A stretch of DNA of 63,377 nt, the filler included, from an uncultured Synergistales bacterium (lineage in GTDB: Bacteria; Synergistota; Synergistia; Synergistales; Aminobacteriaceae): assembly GCA_937897575.1 (NCBI GenBank). It is 5 parts of 5 records of this genome, joined end to end, with 100 filler letters (N's around TTAATTAATTAA, not from the genome) between each part and the next. Parts side by side here need not be neighbours in the genome. Positions count along the whole stretch, not along the records: positions 36,829 to 59,507 come from CALCQG010000097.1; 4 more parts are not named here. One strand, 5' to 3'. This document shows, one piece after another, positions 47,198-57,869 of this stretch (position 1 is the first letter of the stretch; every line of letters begins with the position of its first letter). Below the pieces are notes generated by a model that searched no databases, was not told where the DNA came from, and saw only the letters and a list, made by a program, of their open reading frames with translations. The position numbers and the translations under genes were made by a program.

Positions 47198-48421
47198 ATG
47201 CAGGACATCCTCATAACAAAGGGGCGCGTCATGGACCCGGCCAGCGGGGTGGACGGGGTCCACGACCTCCTGATCCGGGACGGCGTGATCGCCGCCGTGG
47301 GCAATGACCTGCCCGAAGAGGGGGCTCTGAAGGTCATCGACGCCTCCGGCCTTCTCGTGACGCCGGGCATCGTCGACATCCACACCCACCTCTTCGCCAC
47401 GGGAGGAAACCCCAACGCCTGGGCGGGGGAGTACAGCGTCTTCCCGGACGGTTTCAGCGTCCGGAGCGGCGTGACGACCATGGTGGACGCGGGGAGCGCC
47501 GGATGGCGGAACTTCGACCTCTTCCGTGCCTCCGTCATCGATCGGGCGAGGACCAGGGTCTTCGCGTTCCTCAACATTGCGAGCTACGGCATGATCAGCG
47601 ACCTCATCGAGCAGACCCCCTCGGACTTCGACCCGGAGGCGGCGGTGAAAAAGGTCGAGCGCCACCGGGACGTCCTCGTCGGGATAAAGACGGCCCACTA
47701 CTGGGGACCAGGGTGGGAGCCGGTGGAGAGCGCCGTCGGGGCGGGCCGGATGTCGGACCTGCCGGTGATGGTGGACTTCGGGTACTTCAGGAGAGAGCGC
47801 CCCTACTGGCAGCTCGTCACCGAGAAGCTTCGCGCCGGGGACATCAGCACCCACTGCTTCCGCGCCCCCGTTCCCGTCGTGGACGGCCGGGGAAAAATCT
47901 ACCCCTATCTGTTCGCGGCGCGGGAGCGGGGCGTCCTCTTCGACCTCGGGCACGGCGGAGGCAGCTTCCTGTTCGGCAACGCCGTGCCGGCCATAGAGCA
48001 GGGGTTCCCTCCGGACTCGATCTCCTCGGATCTGCACGTCCAGAGCATGAACGGCGCCATGATGGACATGCCGACGACCATGTCCAAGTGCCTCGCCATG
48101 GGGATGCCCCTCTACGACGTCCTCCTGCGGTCGACCCACAGGCCGGCCTGCATGATCGGCCATCGGGAGCTCGGGACCCTCGCCGTCGGCGCTCCGGCCG
48201 ATGTGGCGCTCTGGACGCTCAGGAAGGGGCGCTTCGGCTTCAAGGACTCCTTCGGAGGGACGCTCCCCGGCACCGAACGGCTGGAGTGCGAGATGACGAT
48301 CCTCGGCGGGGAGATCCTGTGGGACCTCAACGCCCGGGATGGGCGGGACTACCGGCAGATGCCCCCCGGGGCAGGCATACGGGAGGGAGAGTTTTTACTG
48401 CGCCCCGATACGGCGCAGTGA
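47198..48421 (+). CDS. Amidohydrolase/deacetylase (dihydroorotase-like)
   Basis: PGIVDIHTH, GVTTMVDAGSAG, DLGHGGGSF, ISSDLH. Confidence 0.88.
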   Translation: MQDILITKGRVMDPASGVDGVHDLLIRDGVIAAVGNDLPEEGALKVIDASGLLVTPGIVDIHTHLFATGGNPNAWAGEYSVFPDGFSVRSGVTTMVDAGSAGWRNFDLFRASVIDRARTRVFAFLNIASYGMISDLIEQTPSDFDPEAAVKKVERHRDVLVGIKTAHYWGPGWEPVESAVGAGRMSDLPVMVDFGYFRRERPYWQLVTEKLRAGDISTHCFRAPVPVVDGRGKIYPYLFAARERGVLFDLGHGGGSFLFGNAVPAIEQGFPPDSISSDLHVQSMNGAMMDMPTTMSKCLAMGMPLYDVLLRSTHRPACMIGHRELGTLAVGAPADVALWTLRKGRFGFKDSFGGTLPGTERLECEMTILGGEILWDLNARDGRDYRQMPPGAGIREGEFLLRPDTAQ

Positions 48422-48495
48422 CGCATCGCAGTACGTTCTGCAAGGCCCGGAATGACCGACTGGTGTATTGTTGAGAGGAAGGGAGAGAGAAGAGT

Positions 48496-50100
48496 TTGTT
48501 TGATCTGTTGTTCAGGAACGCGAGGATTTACGATGGCATGGGAAGCCCGAGCTTTTACGGAGACGTTGCGGTGCGGGGAGAGAGAATCGCGGCCGTCGGG
48601 CGCATTGAGGAGCATCTTGCCGCGAAGGTCATCGATGCATCGGGCAGAGCGCTGACCCCGGGGTTCGTCGATACGCACACGCACTCGGACAGAACGGCCC
48701 TTTTCGTCAACAATCCGGACGCCAAGATACTGCAGGGGGTCACGACGGAGATTGTGGGAAACTGCGGCCAATCCGTCGCCCCTCTGTCCGACGAGTACCT
48801 GGATCAGATGATCCCCTATCTGAACCCCTATATCCCCAGCACGGAGCCCGTGGCGTGGAACTGGAGAGGAACCGGGGAGTTCATGGATCTCCTGGACCGG
48901 AAGGGGCACATCACCGATCTGGTCTTTCTGGCAGGGCACGGGTCCGTCCGTCTCGCCGCCATGGGCACGGAGGCACGCGCCAGCACAAAGACCGAACTTG
49001 ACCGGATGAAGGGCTATGTGGAGGAAGCCATGCAGAGCGGCTGTGTGGGCATATCCACAGGGCTGATCTTCCCCCCGGGGTGTTACGCCGAGACGGAGGA
49101 GATCGTCGAACTCTGCAAGATCGTCGCCCGCTACGGGGGCATCTACAGCGCGCACATCCGCGGCGAGGCGGGCTCCCTCCTGGACGCGGTGCGCGAGGCG
49201 ATATCCATCGCCGAGCGGAGCGGGTGCGCTCTTCAGATATCCCACCATAAGGTCATGCGCCGCTATGAGGGCTGGTCGGAGACGACCCTTCGCATGATGC
49301 AGGATTTCAGGGACAGGGGCGGCGATGTCTCATGCGACATCTACCCCTATACCGCCGGCTCCAACAACATTACGTCCCTTCTTCCTCCCTGGGCCAACGC
49401 GGGAGGTATCGCGACGGTGCTGCAACGTCTCCGCGACCCCTCGACCAGGAAAAAAATACAGGAGGATTTCACGAGGGACCTCTCCGGCTGGGATAACCAT
49501 GCCAAGGATACGGGGTGGGATCGTATCCTCATCGGGTCGGCGAAAAACGACACGTCTCTGGTCGGGAGGACTTTCGAGGAAATTGCGAGGGACAGGGGGC
49601 TTCCGCCCGAGGATGTCTATCTCGATATCATTCTCTCGGAGGAGGCGGGCGTCACCATCGTGATCATGTCCCACTCCGAAAGCGATATGGAGAGGATTCT
49701 CAAGCATCCCTTCAGCATGATCGGGTCCGATTCGTCGCCCAACGCTTTCGACGGCCCCCTCGCCCAGGGGAACCCGCACCCCCGCTGTTTCGGTTGCTAC
49801 CCAAGGCTGCTCGGGACGTACGTGCGGGACAAGAAGCTCTTCTCCATGGAAGAGGCCATACGAAAGTGCACCGGAATGCCTGCATCTCGGTTCAAACTTT
49901 TTGACAGGGGGGTGATCCGTGAAGGACTTCGGGCAGATCTCGTCGTGTTTGACAAAGAGAGAATCCAGGACCGTTCGGAATACAGGAACTCCCGGCAGCG
50001 CCCCGAGGGCATCGACTTCGTCGTGAAGAACGGGCGCGTGATCGTGGAGGATGGCCGTGTCGTCGGTCCCATTCTCGGAAAGAGCGTCCGGGTCCGGTAA
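48496..50100 (+). CDS. N-acyl-D-amino-acid deacylase (third paralog)
   Basis: PGFVDTHTHSD, GVTTEIVGNCG, HIRGE, SHHK, PHPRCFG. Confidence 0.92.
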   Translation: MFDLLFRNARIYDGMGSPSFYGDVAVRGERIAAVGRIEEHLAAKVIDASGRALTPGFVDTHTHSDRTALFVNNPDAKILQGVTTEIVGNCGQSVAPLSDEYLDQMIPYLNPYIPSTEPVAWNWRGTGEFMDLLDRKGHITDLVFLAGHGSVRLAAMGTEARASTKTELDRMKGYVEEAMQSGCVGISTGLIFPPGCYAETEEIVELCKIVARYGGIYSAHIRGEAGSLLDAVREAISIAERSGCALQISHHKVMRRYEGWSETTLRMMQDFRDRGGDVSCDIYPYTAGSNNITSLLPPWANAGGIATVLQRLRDPSTRKKIQEDFTRDLSGWDNHAKDTGWDRILIGSAKNDTSLVGRTFEEIARDRGLPPEDVYLDIILSEEAGVTIVIMSHSESDMERILKHPFSMIGSDSSPNAFDGPLAQGNPHPRCFGCYPRLLGTYVRDKKLFSMEEAIRKCTGMPASRFKLFDRGVIREGLRADLVVFDKERIQDRSEYRNSRQRPEGIDFVVKNGRVIVEDGRVVGPILGKSVRVR

Positions 50101-50187
50101 GGGAGCCCGGAGGCACGAAACAACGGGGAAACGCCGCATCGTTCGTGTTCGTTCCGCAATCTATCGAGAGAAAAAGGAGGAATCACC

Positions 50188-51747
50188 ATGGGTACACGTA
50201 GTGCAAAACTGCTCCGGATGTTGTCTGTTTCGGTGTTGTGCGTGCTGATGCTCTTTTCCGCCGCATGGGCGTCCGAGGATGTGCTTCGGGTCGCCGTGAT
50301 CGACGAGGCCCCCTCCCTGGACCAGCAGGTCATCACCTCGGACTTGACGACGATGATCGCAATCCACGTCTTCGAGGGACTCTACACCTTTGATTCGAAA
50401 TACAACCCCGTGCCCATGCTGGTGAAAGAGGAAGAGGTCAAAGACGACGGGAAACTGATCGTCATTCGACTGAGGGAGGGTGTCACGTTCCACAACGGGA
50501 AAGAGCTGACCGCCGACGATGTCTATGCCTCCCTCTCGCGGTGGAGCCAGTTCGGATCCCGCGGTTCCGTCCTTTTCAACAACATCGAGAAGATGGAGCA
50601 GACGGGAAAGTATGAGATCACGCTGCACTTCAAGCAGGCCTTCGCCCCGTGGAAGAACCTCCTGGCGTTCATGAACGGAGGCCCCGCCATATATCCGAAG
50701 GAGATCGCCGAAAAAGCGGACAAGACGCCCATTCCGGAGACCGGATACATCGGGACCGGCCCCTACAAGTTCGTCGAACGGAGCCCCAGCAGATACATCC
50801 GGCTCGTGCGCTTCGACGAGTACGCGGCACGGGATGAGGCCAGCGACGGCTACGCGGGCAAAAAAGAGGCCAATTTCAAGGAGATTCAGTTCATCCCCGT
50901 GCCCGATGACGCCACACGAGTCAATGGCATCAAGGCGGGAGACTATGACTATTCGGAGCGAATCCCCGGCGACCTGTACGACTCACTGAAGGACGATCCC
51001 GATCTGGTCGTGACCCTCCAGAAGGGAGGCAGCCAGGGGTTTGTGTTCTTCAACTCGAAGGAAGGCATTCTCAAGGAAAATTTCAAGTTGCGGAAGGCCA
51101 TCCTGACCGCCGTGGACATGGATGCCGTCCTGAAGGCGGCCATAGGCCCGGAAGCGCTCTGGAGAAAGAACGGCTCCATCATGCCGGAGGGAACACCCTG
51201 GTTCTCCACGGCGGGAGCGGACGCGTACAGCCTGGGCGATGCCGAAAAGGCGAAAGCGCTGGCGAAAGAGGCCGGGTACAACGGAGAGAAAATAACCTAT
51301 ATGGCGACCACGTCCTATAAGGTGCACTACGACAGCTCGCTCGTCATAACCGAGCAGCTGAAGAAAGCCGGTTTCAACATCGACTTCCAGATTTACGACT
51401 GGGCGACCCTGGTCTCCAAGCGGGCGGACGCCACGCAGTGGGACATGTTCTTCACCTATCACGGATTCGTGCCCGATCCCGTTCTGTTCACCTTCATGAG
51501 CGAGGTCTATCCGGGATGGTGGGCCACTCCGGAGAAGAAGGAGCTCGCGGCGAAATTCGCCTCCACCCTGGACGAGAAGGAGCGCAAAGCGATCTGGGAT
51601 CAGATTCAGGAGCTGGTCTACACGCAAGTTCCCATCATGAAGACCGGGGATAACTTCATCTACGACGTCTATGCGCCCAAGCTCGAGGGCGTCAAGGACA
51701 CCGCCCTGATCTGGCCCCGTTTCTGGGGGGTACACTTCAAGAAATAG
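50188..51747 (+). CDS. Dpp/Opp-type ABC substrate-binding protein (family 5)
   Basis: Signal peptide, LREGVTFHNG, IGTGPYKF. Confidence 0.92.
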   Translation: MGTRSAKLLRMLSVSVLCVLMLFSAAWASEDVLRVAVIDEAPSLDQQVITSDLTTMIAIHVFEGLYTFDSKYNPVPMLVKEEEVKDDGKLIVIRLREGVTFHNGKELTADDVYASLSRWSQFGSRGSVLFNNIEKMEQTGKYEITLHFKQAFAPWKNLLAFMNGGPAIYPKEIAEKADKTPIPETGYIGTGPYKFVERSPSRYIRLVRFDEYAARDEASDGYAGKKEANFKEIQFIPVPDDATRVNGIKAGDYDYSERIPGDLYDSLKDDPDLVVTLQKGGSQGFVFFNSKEGILKENFKLRKAILTAVDMDAVLKAAIGPEALWRKNGSIMPEGTPWFSTAGADAYSLGDAEKAKALAKEAGYNGEKITYMATTSYKVHYDSSLVITEQLKKAGFNIDFQIYDWATLVSKRADATQWDMFFTYHGFVPDPVLFTFMSEVYPGWWATPEKKELAAKFASTLDEKERKAIWDQIQELVYTQVPIMKTGDNFIYDVYAPKLEGVKDTALIWPRFWGVHFKK

Positions 51748-51824
51748 CAGCATCCTGAACCGCAGCCTGGAAGAGGAGGGCACCCCTCCTCTTCCAGATT
51801 CAATAATTGAAGGAGAATCGAAGG

Positions 51825-52772
51825 ATGTTCTCATACCTTGTCCGACGCATTGCAAGTATGATTCCATCTCTGCTTCTTACCTCGATCATCGTCTTCTCGT
51901 TCATCCACCTGATTCCGGGCGACCCCGCACGGGTCATGCTGGGCGATCAGGCCACCCCCGAGCAGGTCGAGTATCTCAGGGAGTCGATGGGGTTGAACCG
52001 GCCGCTGTACATCCAGTACTTCAAATGGCTGGGGGGGATACTGCGGGGGGATTTCGGCTCCTCCATATTCTTTCATCAGCCCGTCCTGTCGGTCATCGCC
52101 GACCGGGCGGAGACAAGCGTTTTCATCGCTTTGATATCAATAGTGCTCATCATCCTTATAGGAATTCCCATTGGCATTTTGTCGGCCATTCGATACAACA
52201 GCTTCCTCGACCAGTTTTTCTCAGGGGTGTCCATGTTCTTCGCCTCGATTCCGACGTTCTGGCTTGGACTCAATTTAATGCTTCTCTTCTCCGTCATCCT
52301 GAAAATTTTCCCCTCCTCGGGGTTCCCCTCGATTCTTAAAAGCGGCAACTGGGAAAACCTCAGATACCTGATCCTTCCCTGCATTACCCTCGCCATACCC
52401 AACTCGGCGCTGATCATCCGGCTCACCCGATCGAGCATGCTGGACGTCTCGAACGCCGATTACGTCAAAACGGCCCGGGCGAAGGGGCTCTCCGAGATGC
52501 GGGTGAACATCCGGCATATTTTCAGGAACGCCCTTGTGGCCGTCACCTCGGCATTGGGGTTCACCTTCATCGGTCTCGTCTCGAAAACGGTCGTCACCGA
52601 GACGGTCTTCTCCCTGCCCGGGATAGGCCGGCTGATCGTGGAGTCCATTCTTCGGAGGGACTATCCGACGATTCAGGGGATCATTCTGATCGTGGCGTTC
52701 ATCTATATGGTCATCAATTTGATCGTCGACCTTTCGTACGCTCTTTTGGACCCGAGAATCCGGTACAGTTAG
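51825..52772 (+). CDS. Dpp/Opp ABC permease B
   Basis: IPGDPA, EAA-like YVKTARAKGL, ETVFSLPGIG, DPRI. Confidence 0.92.
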   Translation: MFSYLVRRIASMIPSLLLTSIIVFSFIHLIPGDPARVMLGDQATPEQVEYLRESMGLNRPLYIQYFKWLGGILRGDFGSSIFFHQPVLSVIADRAETSVFIALISIVLIILIGIPIGILSAIRYNSFLDQFFSGVSMFFASIPTFWLGLNLMLLFSVILKIFPSSGFPSILKSGNWENLRYLILPCITLAIPNSALIIRLTRSSMLDVSNADYVKTARAKGLSEMRVNIRHIFRNALVAVTSALGFTFIGLVSKTVVTETVFSLPGIGRLIVESILRRDYPTIQGIILIVAFIYMVINLIVDLSYALLDPRIRYS

Positions 52773-52773
52773 G

Positions 52774-53628
52774 GTGTCGACGACCATGGGACGGATGCTG
52801 AGAGCTTTTTACGGACGAAAGATCGCTCTGCTCGGCTTGTTTGTCATCGTGCTCCTCGTCCTCTCGGCCGTTTTCGCTCCTCTCCTCGTGACCTTCGACC
52901 CCATCGAGATGAACCCCGCGGAGAAGCTCGCCTCGCCCAACGGGAAGCATTGGATGGGCACGGACAACTTCGGCCGGGACATCTTCAGCCGCGTGGTCTA
53001 CGGAGCCAGAACGAGCCTCGTGGGGTCCGCGGGCGTCGTGCTCTTCTCCCTCGTGCTCGGCGTCCTCATCGGTGTCTCGTCGGGGTACTTCAAACGGGTG
53101 GAACCCTACCTCATGCGCCTCATCGACGTCCTGATGGCCTTCCCGTCGCTGCTCATGGCCCTTGTGCTCGTCTCGATCCTCGGCCGGGGCATGGTGAACG
53201 TGATCATCGCCGTGGGGATCACGTACCTGACGAGGACCACCCGAATCGTCTACGGCCTGACGCTGAAGCTCAGAGAGGAGCCCTACATCGAGGCCGCCGT
53301 CTCCTCGGGCGTGAAGCAGCGGTGGATCATCCTCCGGCATATTCTGCCCAACATGATGTCCCCCATCATCGTTCAGGCCACCTTCACCTTCGCCTTCTCG
53401 CTTCTGGACATGGCATCCCTCGACTTCCTCGGCCTCGGCATCCCTCCGTCCGTTCCAAGCTGGGGCAACATGCTCAGCGAGGGGCGGATGTACCTCACCA
53501 GAGCTCCATGGCTCCTGCTCTTCCCGGGGGCCTGCATCGTCCTCACCGTGCTGTCCTTCAACCTCGCCGGCGACGTCCTCCGCGACCAGCTCGATCCCCA
53601 CTTCCGGCGGGATATCGAGGGGGTGTGA
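52774..53628 (+). CDS. Dpp/Opp ABC permease C
   Basis: [21 protein letters not shown]. Confidence 0.92.
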   Translation: MSTTMGRMLRAFYGRKIALLGLFVIVLLVLSAVFAPLLVTFDPIEMNPAEKLASPNGKHWMGTDNFGRDIFSRVVYGARTSLVGSAGVVLFSLVLGVLIGVSSGYFKRVEPYLMRLIDVLMAFPSLLMALVLVSILGRGMVNVIIAVGITYLTRTTRIVYGLTLKLREEPYIEAAVSSGVKQRWIILRHILPNMMSPIIVQATFTFAFSLLDMASLDFLGLGIPPSVPSWGNMLSEGRMYLTRAPWLLLFPGACIVLTVLSFNLAGDVLRDQLDPHFRRDIEGV

Positions 53629-53630
53629 CC

Positions 53631-54641
53631 GTGGAGAAGAACGGGAGTCCCATGCTTGCAGTGCAGAACCTCAGGGTACGGTTTCCCTCAGCGTCGGGGG
53701 GCATCTTCCCCGTGGACGGCGTCTCCTTCCATATCAACAAGGGGGAGACCCTTGGCCTCGTGGGGGAGTCGGGGAGCGGGAAGTCCATGACCTCCCTGGC
53801 GGTTCTCGGCCTGGTGCCCCGGCCGCACGGGAAGATCGCGTCCGGCAGCATCCTCTTCAAGGGGAACGAGCTCGTGGGCCGCACGAACGAGGAGATGATG
53901 AAGATCCGGGGGAAGAGCATCTCCATGATCTTCCAGGAGCCCATGACCTCGCTCAACCCCGTGTACACCGTGGGGTATCAGATCGTGGAGGAGATCCTCG
54001 CCCACGGCGCCATGTCGAAAAAAGAAGCGCGGGATCGGGCGGTGGAGATGCTGGGCAAGGTGGGCATCCCGAGCCCGGAAAAGCGCGTGGACTCCTACCC
54101 CCACTCCATGAGCGGAGGCATGCGTCAGAGGGTCATGATCGCCATGGCTCTGGCCCTGAACCCCGAGCTGCTCATTGCCGACGAGCCGACCACGGCGCTC
54201 GACGTCACCATCCAGGCCCAGATCCTCGAACTTCTGGACGAGCTGAAGCGGGAGTACACCATGTCCGTCCTGCTCATCACCCACAACCTCGGCATCGTGG
54301 CCGAGGCGGCGCAGCGAGTGGCGGTGATGTACGCCGGGCGCATCCTCGAACTGGCCCGGACGGAGGAGCTCTTCGCCTCGCCGCTCCACCCGTACACACT
54401 GGGGCTGCTTGAGTCTATCCCCCCGCTGCACGGCGAGGTCGACCGGCTGAAGGCCATCTCGGGGATGGTCCCTTCGCTGGACTGCCTCGCCCCCGGGTGC
54501 AAGTTCAGCGACCGGTGCCGTTATGTCCGGGAGCTCTGCCGGAACGAGGAGCCGTCTCTTCTCGACGCGCTGGACGGGCACGCGGTTCGATGCTGGCGAT
54601 GGAACGAGATACGGGAAAGCCAAGAGAGGCGAGTCGGATGA
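53631..54641 (+). CDS. Dpp/Opp ABC ATPase D
   Basis: [24 protein letters not shown]-terminal Cys cluster. Confidence 0.92.
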   Translation: MEKNGSPMLAVQNLRVRFPSASGGIFPVDGVSFHINKGETLGLVGESGSGKSMTSLAVLGLVPRPHGKIASGSILFKGNELVGRTNEEMMKIRGKSISMIFQEPMTSLNPVYTVGYQIVEEILAHGAMSKKEARDRAVEMLGKVGIPSPEKRVDSYPHSMSGGMRQRVMIAMALALNPELLIADEPTTALDVTIQAQILELLDELKREYTMSVLLITHNLGIVAEAAQRVAVMYAGRILELARTEELFASPLHPYTLGLLESIPPLHGEVDRLKAISGMVPSLDCLAPGCKFSDRCRYVRELCRNEEPSLLDALDGHAVRCWRWNEIRESQERRVG

Positions 54642-55609
54642 CGGATCGATTGCTGGAGGTTCGAAACCTCAAAAAGTACTTCCCCGTCCGGTCGGGCGTT
54701 CTCCAGAGGATCTCGGGGTATGTCAAGGCCGTGGACGGAGTCTCGTTCTCCGTGCGAAAGGGGGAGACCCTCGGCCTCGTCGGCGAGTCGGGGTGCGGGA
54801 AATCCACCACGGGGAGGGCCATTCTGCGCCTCATCCCCGCCACGGCGGGCGAGGTCCTTTTTGAGGGGAGGGACCTTCTCGCGCTTCACGGAGAACCCCT
54901 TCGGACGGCGCGCCGGAGCTTCCAGATGGTCTTTCAGGACCCCTTCGCCTCCCTCGATCCGAGGATGACCGTGTCGCAGATCGTCGGCGAACCGCTCTCC
55001 GCTCATGGGATGACGGTTTCGGAGAGGGAGCGGAACGACCGGGTCGCGGTCATGCTTGAAGAGGTGGGGCTGGACCTGTCATGCCTGCACCGCTACGCCT
55101 TCGAGTTCAGCGGAGGGCAGAGGCAGCGCATCGGCATCGCGCGGGCGCTCATCCTCAACCCGTCCCTGGTCGTGGCCGACGAACCCGTCTCGGCGCTGGA
55201 CGTCTCCATTCAGGCGCAGGTCATCAATCTGCTGGCCGATCTTCGGGAGAGGCTCTCGCTGACCTACCTCTTCGTGGCCCACGACCTCAGCGTGGTGAAG
55301 CACATCAGCGACCGGGTGGCGGTCATGTACCTGGGAAAGATCGTGGAGATCGCTTCGAAGAACGACCTGTTCAGCGACCCCCTGCACCCCTACACCCAGG
55401 CCCTGCTCTCCGCCGCGCCCGTCCCCATCCCCGGGGCGAAGAAGCAGCGGACGATCTTGCGGGGCGACGTCCCCTCCCCGCTGAACCCGCCCTCGGGCTG
55501 CAACTTCCACCCACGCTGCCCCAGGGCCATGCCCCAGTGCGCCGAACGGGTGCCCGAGCCAAGGGAGCGGAGAGCGGGGCACACCGTGGCGTGCCACCTG
55601 TACGACTGA
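54638..55609 (+). CDS. Dpp/Opp ABC ATPase F
   Basis: [31 protein letters not shown]. Confidence 0.92.
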   Translation: MTDRLLEVRNLKKYFPVRSGVLQRISGYVKAVDGVSFSVRKGETLGLVGESGCGKSTTGRAILRLIPATAGEVLFEGRDLLALHGEPLRTARRSFQMVFQDPFASLDPRMTVSQIVGEPLSAHGMTVSERERNDRVAVMLEEVGLDLSCLHRYAFEFSGGQRQRIGIARALILNPSLVVADEPVSALDVSIQAQVINLLADLRERLSLTYLFVAHDLSVVKHISDRVAVMYLGKIVEIASKNDLFSDPLHPYTQALLSAAPVPIPGAKKQRTILRGDVPSPLNPPSGCNFHPRCPRAMPQCAERVPEPRERRAGHTVACHLYD

Positions 55610-55678
55610 ACGACGCGCGAACGGGGGGCAGCGTCCCCGCCGTTCGACCATACTTTCAATCACAAGGGGGTTCGATCC

Positions 55679-56710
55679 ATGTCCAGATTCATCACGTTCG
55701 GAGAGGTCATGCTGCGTCTGACGCCGCCCGACCACGAGGTGCTCTTCCAGACGAACCGCTTCGTCGCCACCTTCGGGGGCGCCGAGGCCAACGTGGCCGT
55801 TTCCCTGGCCAACTACGGCGAGGACGTGGCCTACGTCACGGCGGCCCCGAAGAACCCCGTGGGCGACGCCATGATCCGGGAGCTGCGCTCCTTCAACGTG
55901 GACACGCGCTTCATCCGGAGGTCGGGCAGCCGCCTCGGCGTGTACTACACCGAGACGGGCGCCGCCATGCGGCCGTCCAAGGTCATCTACGACCGCGCCG
56001 GGGCGGCCATCGCCGAGGTGAAGCCCGGGGACTTCGACTGGGACAGCATCCTCGACGGGGTCACCTGGTTCCACACCACGGGGATCACGCCGGCCATCGC
56101 CAAGGGGACGGCGGAGGTGGCCCTCGAGGCGGTGAAGGCCTGCAAGGAAAAGGGGATCACCGTGTCCTGCGACCTGAACTACCGGAAGAAGCTGTGGCAG
56201 TGGGGGAGGACGCCCCAGGAGGTCATGAGCGAGATCGCCAGGTATGTGGACGTCACCATAGCCAATGAAGAGGACTGCCAGAAGTGCCTCGGCATCGAGA
56301 TCGACGTGGACGTCACCGCGGGGAGCCTCGACACGGCCAAGTACAGGGAGCTCGCCTCGAAGGTCATGGGCGCCTACCCGAACATGAAGTACCTCGCCGT
56401 CAGCCTCCGGGAGAGCGTGAGCGCCGACTGGAACGGCTGGTCCGCCGTTCTGGCGGACAACAAGGGGGCTTTCATGCAGAGCAGGAAGTACGAGATCCGG
56501 GACATCGTGGACCGCATCGGGGGCGGCGACTCCTTCGGATCGGGGCTCATCTGGGGCCTCAACAACCTGGCGACCCCCCAGGACGCCCTCGAGTTCTCCG
56601 TGGCGGCGTCGGCCATGAAGCACACCATCTACGGCGACTACAACCGGGTGACCAAGGAGGACGTCCTCACCCTCATGGGCGGGGACTCCTCGGGACGGGT
56701 CCAGCGGTAA
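55679..56710 (+). CDS. kdgK: 2-keto-3-deoxygluconate kinase (PfkB family)
   Basis: GEVMLRL, GGAEANVA, DLNYRKKLW, DRIGGGDSF. Confidence 0.9.
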   Translation: MSRFITFGEVMLRLTPPDHEVLFQTNRFVATFGGAEANVAVSLANYGEDVAYVTAAPKNPVGDAMIRELRSFNVDTRFIRRSGSRLGVYYTETGAAMRPSKVIYDRAGAAIAEVKPGDFDWDSILDGVTWFHTTGITPAIAKGTAEVALEAVKACKEKGITVSCDLNYRKKLWQWGRTPQEVMSEIARYVDVTIANEEDCQKCLGIEIDVDVTAGSLDTAKYRELASKVMGAYPNMKYLAVSLRESVSADWNGWSAVLADNKGAFMQSRKYEIRDIVDRIGGGDSFGSGLIWGLNNLATPQDALEFSVAASAMKHTIYGDYNRVTKEDVLTLMGGDSSGRVQR

Positions 56711-56800
56711 GAGGGATAGAGTGCGCCGCTCCTGTGGGTGCGCCCCAGGGCGGAAGAAAAGAGGATCGGCGGGGCGTTCGTCCCGCCGATCCTTCGTTCG

Positions 56801-57760
56801 TCACCTCTGCACGAGGTGGAAGGCGAACCCTCCCACGTTCAGGTCGAGGTACAGGGCCGCCGTCTTCCCCTCCTTGATCTTCTTCGTCTCGGGCAGCGAG
56901 ACGACGCCCTTCCTCCTCAGAAACGCCTCGGCCCGCTCCACGCTGTTGCACCGGATCCCCACGTGCCCCTTCTCGCCGAGGTAGGGCTGCTTCATGAACT
57001 CGAAGAGCGTGGCGGCGAAGACGGAGCTCATGCCCTCCCTGGGGGCCCAGCCGAAGAGGGCCGACAGACGCTCGGCGTCGGCGCGGGCTTCGGGCTCCGA
57101 CTGGCAGTTCACGCCGAGATGGGCGAACTGGAAGCCGTGCATGGCGTACACCGCCTCGCGGGTCAGGCGCGCGACCTCGGCGAAGTTCCCCGACGCCACG
57201 AGCTCGGGTTTCACCATCCAGCTCCCCCCGACGGCGAAGACCTTCTCGTAGGTCAGATAGGCCACCATGTTCTCCGGCCCCACGCCGCCCGTGGGGATGA
57301 ACCGGACGGCCCCGTAGGGTCCGCTCATGGCCTTGAGCATGGGTAGCCCGCCCGACTGCTCCGCCGGGAAGAACTTCAGCACGCTCAGCCCCCGCTCGAG
57401 GGCCATCTCGATCTGAGACGGGCTGTTGATGCCCGGCGTAACGGGGATGTCGTTGGACACGCAGTAGTCCACGACGGAGGGGTTGAACCCGGGCGTGACG
57501 ATGAACTTCGCCCCGGCGTCCACCGCCCGCTGCACCTGATCCGTGGTGAGCACGGTCCCCGCGCCGACGAGCATGTCGGGGAGGTCCCTCGACAGCAGCC
57601 TGATGGCCTCCTCGGCGGCGTCGGTGCGGAAGGTGACCTCCGCGACGGGCAGCTCGCCCTCCACGAGGGCCCTGCCCAGGGGCAAGGCGTCCTCCGCCCT
57701 GTCGAGCTTCACCACGGGAACGATACCGAACTCCTCTATGCGCTGCAATACATCCTTCAT
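56801..57760 (-). CDS. eda: KDPG/KHG aldolase with C-terminal extension
   Basis: AEVTFRT, GAGTVL, LKFFPAE, PTGGV, GGSWM, plus C-terminal HLGVN...FAFHLV domain. Confidence 0.9.
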   Translation of the reverse strand: MKDVLQRIEEFGIVPVVKLDRAEDALPLGRALVEGELPVAEVTFRTDAAEEAIRLLSRDLPDMLVGAGTVLTTDQVQRAVDAGAKFIVTPGFNPSVVDYCVSNDIPVTPGINSPSQIEMALERGLSVLKFFPAEQSGGLPMLKAMSGPYGAVRFIPTGGVGPENMVAYLTYEKVFAVGGSWMVKPELVASGNFAEVARLTREAVYAMHGFQFAHLGVNCQSEPEARADAERLSALFGWAPREGMSSVFAATLFEFMKQPYLGEKGHVGIRCNSVERAEAFLRRKGVVSLPETKKIKEGKTAALYLDLNVGGFAFHLVQR

Positions 57761-57869
57761 GCTCCCAATCTCCTTTCGATGAGCAGTCATGACCATAGCA
57801 TACGTAATGGGCTTCCGGGCCGTCAAGGTTGCCGACCCAGGAGAGAGAACCCCTGGGACCCCGGACGCA

